The position numbers and the translations under genes are program-made. Below the pieces are notes generated by a model, which worked only from the letters and a program-made list of their open reading frames with translations, made no database searches and was not told the origin of the DNA. This document shows positions 12,318 to 25,600 of a stretch of 64,000 nucleotides of DNA, piece after piece; positions within the stretch are counted from its first letter, which is position 1; the number at the start of each line of letters is the position of its first letter. The stretch is from Lepidodermella squamata (lineage: Eukaryota > Animalia > Gastrotricha): NCBI GenBank assembly GCA_047495785.1, contig JBLDXI010000004.1, positions 868,001 to 932,000 of the forward strand, in the 5' to 3' direction.

Positions 12318-12687
12318 AGTCGAAAAATTACAAGCAAGTAGTACAAGCTCAGCTCAGCTCATGGCCACTTCATCTACGCTGCCTTCTTTAGCGTCGGCTA
12401 GTTCAAGTTCAGCTCTAACAACTAATTCTGTGACCACGTCTTCTACGCTACCGTCTTTGGCATCCGTGAGTGACACTGGATCGTCGGTTTCCACCAACGA
12501 AAACCCTGTTGATGTAGCAACTGCAGCTGATGACGACGACGTTTTCAATTGTGATGTTATGCTTCCATCTAGTCGCATGTCGATGGCCGGACCACATTCG
12601 GCGGTATCTCGAAGCCCGAGTGTCGAACCGACTGATCGGCAATCCAATCTTAGTCGTAATTCAGCGAATGAAGATACGATAACGTAA
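12318..12687 (+). other. Orphan Ser/Thr-rich coding-like fragment joined to the inverted transposase arm
   Basis: Open frame with TSSTLPSLAS twice and an acidic DDDD run. No start codon of its own. Confidence 0.4.
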
Positions 12688-12949
12688 CCTTGGTGCGTGA
12701 GCCCAATTACAAGATTCAGCACCAGCAATTTGTTTGGCGTGCGAGAAATGCGGGAAATTCGATGTGAAAAACGAACCAAAAACTCGCAAAATGAAGAATG
12801 CGAGATAAAAATGAGCAAGAAACAAATTTCATGATTTTTTTAAGTTGGATCTTTTAATTTCAAATAAAATCAATAAGAAATTCAGCGAGAGCGTACCATA
12901 CAATGCTAGTAACCCTGAAAATTTCACGATACGACCCGGATAACAAACA

Positions 12950-13085
12950 TATACGGAAGCCAATCAGGTTATATGGGTTTAAAATCGCCTTCAGGCTGAT
13001 ATTTCGTCCTTCGGCTGCGCCTCAGGCCGAAATATAAGCCTTCAGGCGATTATAAACCCATATACCCTTCTTGTCTTCCGTATAT
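12950..13085. repeat. Short palindromic MITE-like hairpin
   Basis: atatacggaag...cttccgtatat ends, with internal tatatgggttt/aaacccatata symmetry. Confidence 0.7.
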
Positions 13086-13215
13086 TATATATTATTTTGC
13101 AAATCTGGTTTATTCTAATATTATTCTGCTGCAGCAGCTCTCAACACTAAACACATCTTCTGCATGAAGTAAACTTTCAACAGCCTTTTCAGAGGCTAAC
13201 CGCATGACTTATCAT

Positions 13216-16200
13216 TTATTCAACATAGGTTTCGCATACTGCGTATGCTATACCATTGCTGCAATCATCTAAATACATGTAGGGAGTGATACCCCAAGTG
13301 GGAGCCTTTATGTTCGCACATCCATTAGCATAGAGCGAGGAAGCAAACATAGCTTGATCGAATGTGAAAGCCGAACCGTCCGACCATTTGAGAACACCGG
13401 CCTCTGGAGCAAGACCCACCCAACCAATGGGTGGGTAATGCGTTAAAACGTTGACAACGGCGACTGCATCGCTAGCCGTTTTAACAATTGCCAAGATGCT
13501 ATCCATTTGCGAACACTTTGCAGCTGCAGCTGGATGACTGAAAGGTAAGCCGGAGCTTTCAATTTTGAACAGAATCTTCCTAGCGTTTCGACACTGCGAC
13601 TCGCCGCTGAACGAAACATTTGCAGGGAAGCGTCTCTCAGTGTTGGCGTCACAGCCGCTTGAGCTCGATCGGCAGGTTACTGAACCGTCTGCAGTTCGCA
13701 GGCATCGATGGAAAGTGATCTATCAAAAAATAATATGTTATCAATCATTTAACTATATATGTCGTATCGTATAAGGCAATCCCTCCAATTGTCTCTCAAT
13801 AAGCAATCCGAAAGTTGCTTTTTGCCAGCTGTTTTCACCGGCCTTCAGGTCATTGAATTATAATCTAACAAATATTAAAGAGCCCGAATAGCCCTATCGA
13901 TTGGTCTGCCATTATATATGGTGTGGCGCTGAAAAATGAAAATATTCTAGGGTAAACAGAATTGAAAAAAAACGAGAGTTATTTAATAACGGTAACGGTA
14001 CGCCTTTCCCAAGGGATATTATTGGAAAAAAAATAAAATTATTGGATCTGGCGATAGTCCTTCCTAAGAACTATTAGTAGGTGGTGGAAGAGAATATGAT
14101 TAGATTGGGAAGTTTCAAGGAATAAGGGAATACTCTATGGCTAGCCATGTGGAAATATAATTTTCCAACGATCTATAACCCCGAGCTCTTTTTACTTTTG
14201 ACGCAGCCAAACGAATCGAGAGGTTTCATTTTCCAATGGAACTAGCGCCTTATTAGCGAGCAAATTGTGTCGAAGATTTTCTTGACACTAAAAATGCAAA
14301 TTTCGGATCCGCCAGTGTTCCGAGAAGGATTTGGCCTGAGGGGGATAAGGTCATTTTATTCAAAAAATTTCGCTCGCGAACGCTGCGCGTTCGCTCGCAT
14401 TGTTTCATCATTCCCGATTATTTATTTACCAATATCAACAACTTTTTTCAATCGAACAGTAAAAAAGTTTTCCTAACGCCGAAAATCGCGTCCTTTGCTC
14501 TATCTTTGGCCGTCGGGACTTTCGGCGCCGCCAGGTTGCGTCGGTCATGGGATCGAGCGCTGTTGCGACCAGCCATCAGCCAAGCTCGACAAAGAGGTAT
14601 TGGGTCGAATTTAGCCACCGGTTGCCCGTTAATAGCTATGAACATTAAATCTATTGTTTTAGTGAAATGTTATCTATCACAATTCAAGCCCGGAAAATTT
14701 ACTTGAAACCACAGGAACCTTCAGCCGATTTCGAAGGTCGGTGTGAACGTTATTCATCACGCTGAAACCACGTTCACACTCAGCCGTTGCGATCGGGAAA
14801 ATTCTCAAGCAATCAATTAAGTGCATCAGGTCGCTGCCTTCGGCTGGCAAAGGGGCCTTATTGAGCTTGTAAGCAGCCTTCCAAGCTCGCATTTCAGCCT
14901 CGACCTTGTCGTCTCTCATTGCCATCGCATTGCAGATAAGGAGGACGTCGATCTCGCCATATAGATCGTAGGAATCGTCCTCCGCCGAAGGCCATGTTTC
15001 CGGTAAAAGAACATGGGCGCGGCTTAGAACGCCTTTGCTATCTGCCATCCTGGCTTTCAGAGAATCGATGACCCTATTTAAGATAGCCTTGTGTTTATTG
15101 CGGAAGATGCCGATGTCGCGTTCCGAGCAATTTCGAAGGGGTACTTCCTTGAAACATTCGGCTTCTGCTTCTGACACCAACGCCTGCACGCTGGCCCCAA
15201 AATTATCGCGAATAACTTCAAGCGCCTTCAAACAGCGCTCGATTTTTGGCCAAACGTTATGGGCCGAAGTCAGCGGATCTTGAAGAACCCTAAAATTTGA
15301 AAAATTAAATTTTAATTTCAAATTTTGAAATTTAAATCATCAGTCATAATATTATACCGCAAAATCCGTATTAAAAGACAGAACCTAAATAGACGGAGCA
15401 ACTAACCTAGATAAAGTTTGAATCTCACGGAGCACGTCGTGACACGTCGATAGAAGCGCGACTGTATGAAAGTCGGTCAGACTTTCAAGGACTGAGGTGA
15501 TAGTTTTCTCCTTCTCAGTTTTCTTCTTTGATTTTGCGCTGTCTAGCCGACCCTGAAGGTGACCGTAAACACTGGGGAGATTGTTGAGCAAGGCTCTGGT
15601 AGCCGTAAAACTGCTGTATGCCCAGCGTACATCAAACACCCGTTGCTGCTGAAGAATAATTTCCCCAAGTTCAGCAGCAACCGAATGCAGCTCGCGCAGC
15701 CTTTTCGGCGAGGGCGAGTAAAAGGCGTATATTTTGCCGACGAAATCTGTGAAAATCTGAATCGCCAACGAGCTTTTGATTGCGTCCGCGATGCCTAACT
15801 CGAGACGATGCGCGAGGCAGTGAAAAATGATCAAGCGACGAAACTTCCTCCTCAATATAGCTCCTTTATTAAAAATTGTAAAATTTAAAAATTGAATTTA
15901 AAAAAATTATAAGTCAAAAAAATCGATTAAATTTCTATCAAGGTCGCAAATATAGCAAAGCGAAAAATGAACTCGCCTACGCCGTTAGATTTTCCCATGA
16001 GAACGCTGGCTCCGTCAACGGCGAGAGCCACCCACTTCTTCATCAGGTATTCATCAGTGAAGCCGTTTTTGTGTAAGACATCCAAAATAGCGTCGGCAAT
16101 AGCATTTGCATCGCTTTCGTTCAGCTCAACTAAATCGAGGAAAAAATCCACCGGGCTCTTCCCCCTTAACCCCCGGTCTCGGAACACTGGGATCCGCGCT

Positions 16201-19200
16201 GTTTTGACAGTATGCTGCTAAAAATGACGAATTTTCCTTATTCTTTTGCAACGAGATTCGAGATGGATGTTTCGGACAATAAAATTTGTCGCCATGTTTT
16301 CGCCATCCATTAGCATAGGGCCCAATGGTCGATTTCATTTTCACATAACAGGGCTAAATCTTCAGTATTTTTTATCTGTAGGCAGGGTTCAGACTAGGTC
16401 CAGCATCCAGCACTGAGGGGGTAAATCGAGCATTTTGAGATCAAAACCCTTACGTTTTCCGAAAATTTTCGAACGCCATGGGGGTTTGTTTACCCCCCTT
16501 ACCCCCTGTCGGACCACTGTCTGTAGGCACCAACATTTCTACCTGCAGGAAGAATCCGAAATTCAGGGCTACACATTGATACAAGGTTTGTTAACAAAAT
16601 TCTACAGAATAAGAAAAATGTGGCCAAGTTTTAAGTTGGACAAAAATTGGAAAATTCGCCGAGCCACTTGTTAACAAGCAAGTACGTAGGAATTGGAAAA
16701 TGAGGTTAAAATCTGAATTCACCACCGGGGTTGTGTCCGCGATACATTTATCGTGATTCAGCTTGAAGTTGCCCAAGTCCGAGAACAGCTTATTCTGTTA
16801 TAGAAAACATTTGATACCGCGAAACCATGCTCTTTGGTCTACGTTACCTGAGTTTGGTCTAGAGGACAAGCAGCGTAGCAAGACGTTCGGTTAGATGAAT
16901 CCTTGCACGAAACGGCATTCTGTCAAAACAAGAATTTGCAAGCTGCGAAATCAGGTTTGTTAACTCACTCCAAGCAGGCAAGTTGCACGGTTGATGTAGA
17001 CCTTGTTCGAGTATTGCTGAGTTTCATTGCTGGTGAAACAGCCAGGGCTTTGCGGACGGCAGTCGTGGAATTTGCGAGATGTCGAGTCGAAACAGCGGAT
17101 GTGAGGCCTTTCGCTTATCGGAACTGTGACTGAAATTCAGAGAGGAGTGTGATCGAAAAAGTTATATATTTTTTGTAATTTATATCAACGTTATAGCAGC
17201 ATTATAATTTTTTGTTCCTGTTTTACGTTGATTGGTGTCATTCATTAATATTATGAGCACCGACAGTTATAAAACATTGAACCTAGTAAAGAAGTGTTAT
17301 CCCTGGTTTGATTTATATTATATTATGTTCTCTTCTTCCTTGAAAGGCAAATTTCTTCGACACTAGAAAGGTACCGTCAACTGGGGTGACTTTGGGCAAT
17401 GGGGTGACTTTGGCGTGCCAAAAATCTAAGATGGCAAGGTAAATACACCGCAAGTGGGTTACCGTTGGATAGCCTGTAGGAAATGAAGTCTAAAAATGGC
17501 ATACGATTTCAATTTTGATCAGACGGCTTCAGTTGGGCAGTCACCAAAGTATTAATAAAAAAATGAATTTTTCGAAATTTTTCCAAAACTTCACCTGCTA
17601 TAATATTTCCTTAGGTGTGTTGCATTGATGTGCATTGTACACATCCAGACTGGCCTTTCCTTGGGCTATCCAATAGTACCCCACTTGCGGGGTATTTACC
17701 TTGCCATCTTAGATTTTTGGCACGCCAAAGTCACCCCATTTTGGAACGTCGAAGTCACCCCACTGCCCAAAGTCACCCCAGTTGACGGTATTGATATGAG
17801 CTGTGGTATTCAGTGGTATTATTTCGGCAAATAGCGCGCTAATGCTCGCGATTTTCTTATACCTTCCAAATATATAGGTCAGCTATATATATAAATTACG
17901 TCCATATATATGTTCTTTCACGAACATCTTTGAAGCGAAATATGCTACTTGTTTCAAGAACACATTGACTAGTTTAGGAAATGAAAAAGATAAAAAAGGC
18001 CGCCGGAGAGGTCATCAAGCTCTTCTTCCTCTTCATCGTTCTCAGCTGCCGATTCGAAATCGCAATCCTCGAAAAGATCACGAGGCGAAAATTGGTCACC
18101 CACCGACGTGGCCACCCTTGTCAGCGTGTTAAAACTGCCCTACAGCAATCAGATCGGTGATAGCTTCATAGCAGTGCTTTGTTCAAAAGATCCATCTGCC
18201 ATCCGCGATCGTGGCCTTGCCATGGAACAGAACAGTTGAAGGACATTTTCAACCTAGAAGCTGTCGATCAGCGATCTATATAAAACAAATTTCCATCCTA
18301 GCCATCCTAGTCATCCTAGTCATTCCTGTCATTTGGGTAATTGTTGTTATTGCTGTTTCCGCTTTTTTTGCTACGCGTTACTAATGCACAGGTAAAATAA
18401 AATGAGAGATGTGCTATTCGATAAATTATTTAGCAATTATTGCCAATATAATTTACAATTATTCCAAATTGTCGAAGGGAATTTTGAGGTGAGTAAGATG
18501 AAAGTAGCTGTATCTGATTGTAAGGGGCAGAAATTCTATGCATTTATTTAATATTCTGAATACTTGGTCATTCTACCCTAGACCTGACTCTATTTATTGC
18601 CCATACGCATAGTTATGTATGTTCATTGTAATAAATAGATGCATCGCTTATTTTTTTCTGACTGCATTTATAACAACTTTATAATGTTGTTATAAAAAAT
18701 TGTTATGTACGATCACACTCCTCAGAATGTGAGCTGTTTACGGTAATTCCTTTTAAAATATTCCATCTTTATTCATCTTGAAATATGGCTAACCAGTAAA
18801 ATCATCGTCGCCTTTGAAAAAACTTAGCGAAGCACTTATGATTCTTCGCTAGCGCGTAGCTCTTAGCCAGCCCTCTCTAACTAGAACCCTCTGTAAATGA
18901 TGCAAACATGTGTCTCTCGAACCTTTGCATCTATGGAGGTCGCACTGTAATTTTGGAAATGACTTTCGATGCAGAGACTTTGATTTGATTTGATTTGATT
19001 GTGATTTGATTTGATTTAGGCCATTTTTTGATTATTTGATTTAGAAAATTTCAGGATGATTTGATTTGATTTAAATTTAGCCCACTTGATTTACTGCTGA
19101 TTTATAAAAATCAGAACTCTCGGAGTTCCCCCAGTTACTAAACATGAGAACTCACATTTGCCTTGAAAACAACTGTTTTCCAAAGCCTGGAGCTATTCAT

Positions 19201-20362
19201 GCCCTTGCATACTCATTCTGCCAAAACCAAGCATGAAATTTGAAAGAATTTACCTTAATTTACCCAGTAATTTACCTTAATATTCATGTTTCCCTATGCG
19301 AAAGATTCGATTTGATTTTATTTAAACGGGCCTGATGATTTGATTTGATTGATTTACTATCGATTTTTGGGGGATTTGGTTTCAAATGATTGATTTACAA
19401 AGACCTGTGATTTACTGAATAAATCAAATCAAATCAAATAAAAGTCACTGTTTCGATGTTCAATTACTTGGACCAAAATGATTGATGTTATAACAGATAA
19501 TATCAAAATAACGCACTCAATCCGTTGGTACAAGACGTGAGATTCGGATACAAAGTCGAATTAGTTGACTCCTGAGAAAAAATCAAGTTGATTAAATAAT
19601 CTTGAAAGCTTGAAAATTGCTCACCCAGTTTTCAGGGCATTTGTACGGGTCAGGGACGCAAGTTTTGATGACGCCGTTCGACATGCAGCGCCTGAATTTT
19701 AACGTCTGAAATGACAAAGGTTAAATCGAATGTCTGATCGGAATCCTAAATTCCAACCTCGAATGCTGCTTTCAGTTTCTCGCATTCGTTGAGGTTATAT
19801 TTCAAGCTCAACGTCGCATTCTGATCACCAAACCAAAACGTCTGAAAAAATCAGAACCATTCAAGAATGAACAAGAAGTATGATCTTCCTTCACCCTTCA
19901 CTCCGATAAAAACTTTTAAGAATTTTTTTGAAGCTTACATTCATATCGCCCGGGTTGTTACAGCCGACGTTTCCGGGTACGCAAAACGGGGTGAGAGCCT
20001 CGTATTTGTAGCACATTCGACCATTCTATAGACAAATTAAAAGTTAAATTGAACATCAAATAGGAGAAGAATAAACGGGCCCCGATGTTGCAACTGCCGG
20101 CTGTTCGGAAAATCGAGCCCCACTATCGATAAAACAGAAAAATTGTACTGTCTTGATCTCGACTGAAAAAAATTTGAAGAGAGCGGAAAACCTGATATTC
20201 GGTTAGTGGATTACAGCCATTGGCAGCTGGATTGCAGCTGGTGAATCGATTGCTGAACTGCGAGAAGCATCGAACACAGTTAACCGGCTGCGTACTCCAC
20301 GCTACGTCGCAATAAGCTAGCATCAGTGCCAAAAGTGCAACATTGAAGCAATAACCAGCCAT
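13216..20362 (-). CDS. Paralog B: 4-Cys-module/CTLD protein (beta-type last exon), TE-expanded introns
   Basis: Exons 20362-20192, 20122-20081 (donor GC), 20025-19939, 19841-19758, 19705-19625, 19571-19517, 17129-16969, 16919-16848, 16794-16723, 13719-13216. Frame intact. CTLD WVGLAPEAGVLKWSDGS...YAVCE. Confidence 0.82.
14313..16189 (-). mobile_element. Internally deleted hAT transposon (ZNF862-like transposase) in intron 9 of paralog B
   Basis: TIRs cagtgttccgaga/tctcggaacactg and 8-bp TSD ggatccgc (14305-14312, 16190-16197). Motifs VDGASVLMG, HCLAHRLEL, DVRW, AECERGFSVMN. The N-terminal part is deleted. Confidence 0.93.
16383..16519. mobile_element. Small hAT-type MITE
   Basis: 8-bp TSD tctgtagg (16375-16382, 16520-16527) and imperfect TIRs cagggttcagac/gtcggaccactg. 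A related fragment lies at ~34077-34165. Confidence 0.8.
17142..18723. mobile_element. Non-autonomous DNA transposon with 14-bp TIRs and 3-bp TSD in intron 6 of paralog B
   Basis: gaggagtgtgatcg / cgatcacactcctc, flanked by aga on both sides. Confidence 0.8.
17374..17788. mobile_element. Nested Tc1/mariner/pogo-type MITE
   Basis: Long TIRs ccgtcaactggggtgactttgggca..., with TA on both flanks. Confidence 0.88.
18972..19450. mobile_element. hAT-type MITE with (ATTTG)n subterminal repeats
   Basis: cagagacttt...aaagtcactg ends and 8-bp TSD tttcgatg. Same family at 55126-56530 and a remnant at ~60440-60740. Confidence 0.88.
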
Positions 20363-20894
20363 TTTGTTGAGCAAATCTTGGTGAAAAAAGTCGAAAATAC
20401 TTTCAAATCGAACGAAAATCAGTCAAACTAAGTGTGGCAACCTGAGAAAATAAAACTCTTTCAAATGATATTCGGATTAAACAACACTCGTCCTATTTCA
20501 CTGTGGACAAAGATTATGTCCTCCTCGTTCAATTATCAAGCAGGCAGTTTAGAAATAATCGCGTGGTTCTAAAACCAGAGCGTTTCGACAATTTGATAAT
20601 TGGCAAAAAATTGTCTTGTCCTATTTCTCTCATTGTCAAAAGGCACGCTTTGCTACAAAAATCGTCCTCTCTTGCTTATTAGCGAATAAATTGGAATTTC
20701 GGACTCCCGAGGACAAGGTCATTTTCCATCTTCAATCGACATGAAATGTTACTAATAAAGTACGATTGATAATTATTTTGCCTCGCATTTTTTCAATATA
20801 ACTCCGTAGCCATGACGAATTCCTAAGAGCGGGTTTCACCAGTCAATCCTTGCAACTCACAATTTCCATTTATTCAGTAAATCGGTACTTGATC

Positions 20895-21149
20895 TGAAGG
20901 GTTGATATCCCTGACCTGGTTCGGGGGAAACTAATAACAGCGATTAGACTGAATAATATACAAGGCAGTTCAGTAAAGCAGATCAACTGATATTTTATTG
21001 TTATTATTTAGGGCTTTTATAGCCAACAGGACGCCAATTGAACTATAATGATGTGCGTCACGTGATATTACTGTCACGAGCGCTAGCTAGAATAATAAGA
21101 ATGGATTACTGAACTAGTAATTGGGACAGGGAACATAGCGATCCTCTCA
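20895..21149 (-). repeat. 3' LTR
   Basis: Direct repeat of 27820-28074. Confidence 0.96.
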
Positions 21150-21251
21150 TATGCCCCTCCCTTACAAGTAAACGTCTTACGTTTTTTTATGAGAACAAGC
21201 AAATTTTTAAAAAAATAAATCACGATTAATCACAGGAGAAAAATTTCGAAG

Positions 21252-21827
21252 TTAGTCTTCAAGCATCTTCATCATAATCATCTTCTTCATGTGTTTTGCC
21301 ATGTCATCGCCAGCTTGCTTTGGCTTCGGACGCCCCAGAATCCCCCAACAGCGGCTGGCAGCATGGCCAAGTTTGCCGCAATTCGAGCAAGGCAGGGCAG
21401 AGCGACGAAAGTAGCCAGCGTCAGAAGTAGAGCCAGGGCCGGGGGGAAGAAGAGCAGCAGGGGCATCCGGTACAGCAGAGGCGGAGACGACAGAGGGCAG
21501 GACAGTGGCAGGAACAGCGAGGGGAGGAGCAGGCAGAAGGGCTTCCTTGAAGGCGGTGGCGATGGCCTTCACAAGGCGGGTCCTGATGGACGCAGACGTG
21601 ACGTGCTGAAGAATCAGAGGGATGAACAACAGCTTCCAGTCTGGTTCGCCACTCAAGGAGGAAGCAGCTTCGCCAACCTGGATCCTAGTGAGGCGGAAGT
21701 CGAAGTTTGCATCGAGGATGCCGTCGGAGGCAAACGCTGCTTGAGCCATTGTTTTGATGAAAAATTCGATTTCGGATTCGGTTGCGGGCAGGGCTGCGCT
21801 GAGTTGGTGCATCTCGATATCAGACAT
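21252..21827 (-). CDS. Gypsy ORF3: 191-aa protein with a Pro/Ala-rich linker and a CCHC zinc knuckle
   Basis: Intact ATG-TAA ORF inside the LTRs containing CSNCGKLGHAASRC. A polypyrimidine tract and TAG lie 1 nt before the ATG. Confidence 0.82.
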   Translation of the reverse strand: MSDIEMHQLSAALPATESEIEFFIKTMAQAAFASDGILDANFDFRLTRIQVGEAASSLSGEPDWKLLFIPLILQHVTSASIRTRLVKAIATAFKEALLPAPPLAVPATVLPSVVSASAVPDAPAALLPPGPGSTSDAGYFRRSALPCSNCGKLGHAASRCWGILGRPKPKQAGDDMAKHMKKMIMMKMLED

Positions 21828-22671
21828 GCTATAGGGAAGTAATTGTCAAGGGTAAAAAAAAACGGGCTGTTTTAGGCCACTTACATGATTAAATAACTGA
21901 AATTCCTTTGAGAAAGCGAAGATAAATATGATTGAAACTGAGAAGGCAGGATGGTTGGTTGAAATTCTGTGAATGTTTGAGGGTTTAAGTAGAGGATTTT
22001 CCAATTATTGGCTGTGTGGCGTAATTATTGATGACAAGGATTGATAGCCATCATTGCACGGATGCCTTATTGCGATCCGGAAATCATTAGCAATTTTAAA
22101 AAAAAATTGAAATTTCTGAAATTTTAGTCATTTCTGTAATGAACCAGTGGAGTTCCATTATAATTAGGCCGAGATAACAAAACGATGCCAAATAATATTT
22201 ACAGTAAAATTTGAATTGCGAATCCCATGATTAACTTATAATGTCCTTTATCATAATCATTTTCCAACCGACAACACTTTAAAGACTGCTCGATGACCTT
22301 GATGTCAAAACCAATTTTCCCTATCCTGGTTTCATGCTTTTATTGCTCATAAATGAAATATGGCATAAACATAGTCTAGCGTTAGAAAAAGTGGCAGATA
22401 CAAAGCTCAACCTGATTTCTGGTGCTAGCCAGGAGTAGAGACACGTTTCCGGTACCAGATTTAAAATTTCGACGCTCAATTTTTCCATTCACACTGTCCA
22501 TTAATCAACACTCATGGCGGATTGCGCAGATTCGTAGTCTTTTATATAGGTACTGAGAAGTTAAGAATAATTTTATTCATTCCAAGAAAATTGGATTAAT
22601 TTATGAAGTGCCAAGTGGCAAACTAATTATATTCACATTATGAAGAGAAGACCTTCAATTATTATTTTTAT

Positions 22672-25600
22672 TCATTTATTTTTTGTATCACTGAAAATGC
22701 TGTTGACAAACGATGAAAACTTCTCTTTAGCAGAGGACAGCAAATTTGTGCCCTTATTTTCGATGACAGGATTTACATCAATATTTCTGGCTTTCGATCT
22801 TGTATTATACTGGTGGGGAACAGTCTTCTGCCCATCAGTAGCCAATATATTCGGGATGGAATAGTCGATAGCTTCTTCTCCTTCTTCTGTCACTTCTTCG
22901 ATAGGATGGAAGATCAGGTGTTCAGGCTGATTTTTCCACAAGTCAATTTTTGAGACATTTACAGTGTCCGTATTAGATTCGCCGAATTTCAGCCTGACAA
23001 TATTAGCGTTATCCGGAAAGACTTCTACAACTTCGAATGGACCCGCGAAGCGGTCACCGAATTTGCCGTCTCGATCAATGACCTTTTTTCGTACCAAATC
23101 ACCCACCTTAAAGGAAATGGGTTTCAAATTGGCATCAGCGCGCTTTTTCCGTGATTCGAAGTCAGCCTTGGCCCTTGTTTGAGCCTCTTTCCAGATTTTT
23201 GACATGATTTTCATTTTTTCTTCAATATACTCCGATGGAGAGGTGGTTTGGGTAATTTTGTTGTCACCGCACATGAGATAAAGTGGATCCTTGAGCTTTC
23301 GCCCAAAGACCATCTCATGAGGACTTACACCCGTGGCTTTGTGAGCAGTAGCATTAAATGCATATGTTACAACATCAAGGTTTTTGTCCCAGTTTTTGCG
23401 GTATTTACGCGCCATCATTGTAATGGTGTCAGCGAGAACCCGATTATACCTTTCCGTTACACCGTCACCTTGAGGATAATAACTCGTAGTTCGGACTTTT
23501 TCAATACCCCACTTTTCACAAAAGTCTTTAATCAGGTCACTTTCAAATTGGGTGCCACGATCAGTAAGTAGAACGTCGGGTATTCCGTACTGCAAGAAAT
23601 AGGACTCAAGGGCATCGGCCGTCGCTTCAGCTGTGATTGTTTTCATTGGTTTTGCTTGGGCGAAGTGGCAAAAATGTTCAACAATCGTGAGGATGTGAGC
23701 ATTGCCCCTTATGGTAGGCGGGTTAATGGGGCCTACGAAGTCAATGGAAACCATTTCGAAAGGTTTCGATGCCATAAGTGATTTCATTCCGCCGCGTAGA
23801 GCTCGAGTTTCGGCTTTACGTTTTTGACAGAGGTCGCAACCTTGGCAATAATGCCTAATGTCCGATGGCATCAGTGGCCACCAGTAATGATCCCTGACAC
23901 GTTTGATAGTTTTATTGCTACCAAAATGACCGCCGGAAGGAGCATCATGGCTTTGGTACATGACGTATTTTCGCCACTCTCTTGGAACAAGGAGTGAAAG
24001 TTCCCCAGTGGGTAGACGTTTGCACCAGGCATTTCCCCGAGAGGGATCTTGTTCAAGGCGATCAAAATTACGCATGATACAATCAATTCGCTTCTTAGTT
24101 TCAGGATTATCAATTTCACCGACTTCTCGAGTGCCTTGTTTTTTGGAATTAATCACAGGTCCTATTTCAGGATCTGTCCATTGAGCCTGACTAAGCTCGT
24201 CAAAATTCCAGCTTAATTCCTTCAAATAGATCAAATGGATGAAATCGGTTTCCTGATCTTCTGAGGGAAAGCATCTCGTAAGTGCATCAGCATATTGATT
24301 CTTTCCTGGGACATATTCTAGTTGAAACTCGAATTCTTGCAACTCCAGCATCCATCGGTTCATTTGAGCATTAGGAGTTTCAAGGGATCTGAGCGCAAGC
24401 AGCGGTTGATGATCAGTTCGGATCACGAAAGTTTGACCCAGCAAATATTGCCTGAATTTTCTAGCTACAGACCAGAAGATGGCATACGCCTCCTTTTTAA
24501 TGGTGGCATAATGTCTCTCAGCCTGAGTTAGACTTTTGCTCGCTGATGCTACAAGCTTCAACTTGCCGTCTACTTCTTGGCAAAGCAAAGCACCGAGTGC
24601 CTCATTAGATGCATCGGTATATAGAATGAAGGGCTTGTTGTAGTTAGGAGGTGTGAGAACTGGAGGGTTCAGAAACGCCTTTTTAACCTTTTCAAAAGAT
24701 TCTAACATCTTATCAGTCCACTTCAATTTGCCTTTGCCTTTGCCACCACCTGTGGCTGCCGTTAACGGTGAGACTAATTCAGCATAATCAGGCACGAAAT
24801 TCCTCAGAAAATTTGCCAGACCCAAAAAGGCTCTCAGCTTCTTGATCGTTTGAGGGGGTTCACAATTTCGAATTGAACTCAATTTGTTGGGATCAGCGGC
24901 TATACCTGATTCAGAAATTATTGTTCCAAGAAACTTGACCTCTTTTACAAGAAACCGGCATTTCTGAGGCTTCAAAAGCATTCCTGACTTGAGAATCCTA
25001 GATAGGACTTCTCTTAGCCTTTCCAACATTTCTTCGATAGTATCGGCCCAAATGTTGATATCATCCTGTAAAACGACGCACGTTTTATATAAGAGTCCGT
25101 CAAGAAGTTGATTCACATAATTCTGCATTTCATTCGATGCATTTTTTATTCCAAATGGCATTCGAGTGAAGCAATACACACCTGATCTTGTTCGAAATGC
25201 CGTTTTTTCTTGATCTTCCTCGCGAAGGGGGATGGTCCAGTAGGCTGAACTAATATCTATTTGGCAATAGAATTTATGTCCAGCTGCGGCTTCGATCAGT
25301 TTAGGCATGTTCGGCATAATTTGGGCTTCTGGTTTCAAAAACGGATTCATAGGTGAAAAATCAATCGTAAATCTGAGCTTATCGCTATCTTTTTTCTTCA
25401 CCAAAACCGGATAAAATGCAAATTGCGCATGAGGACATTCACGAATGATGTTATTCTGAAGCATTTCATTTTTGTGTTCCTCAATAATTACATCTTGAGT
25501 GGGCGAAAAATTCTTCGGTTTGATAACAAATTTGTTAGCATCAGTTTCAGGTAAGAAATCAATTTTATGGTGGACGCCTTTTGCAAGACCCACCTCGCCG

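Noticed and set aside
21252-21827. env gene
   Set aside because: No signal peptide, furin site or transmembrane anchor. It has a CCHC knuckle instead.
21291-21842. 183-aa plus-strand ORF
   Set aside because: Antisense shadow of the GC-rich ORF3 with no motif.
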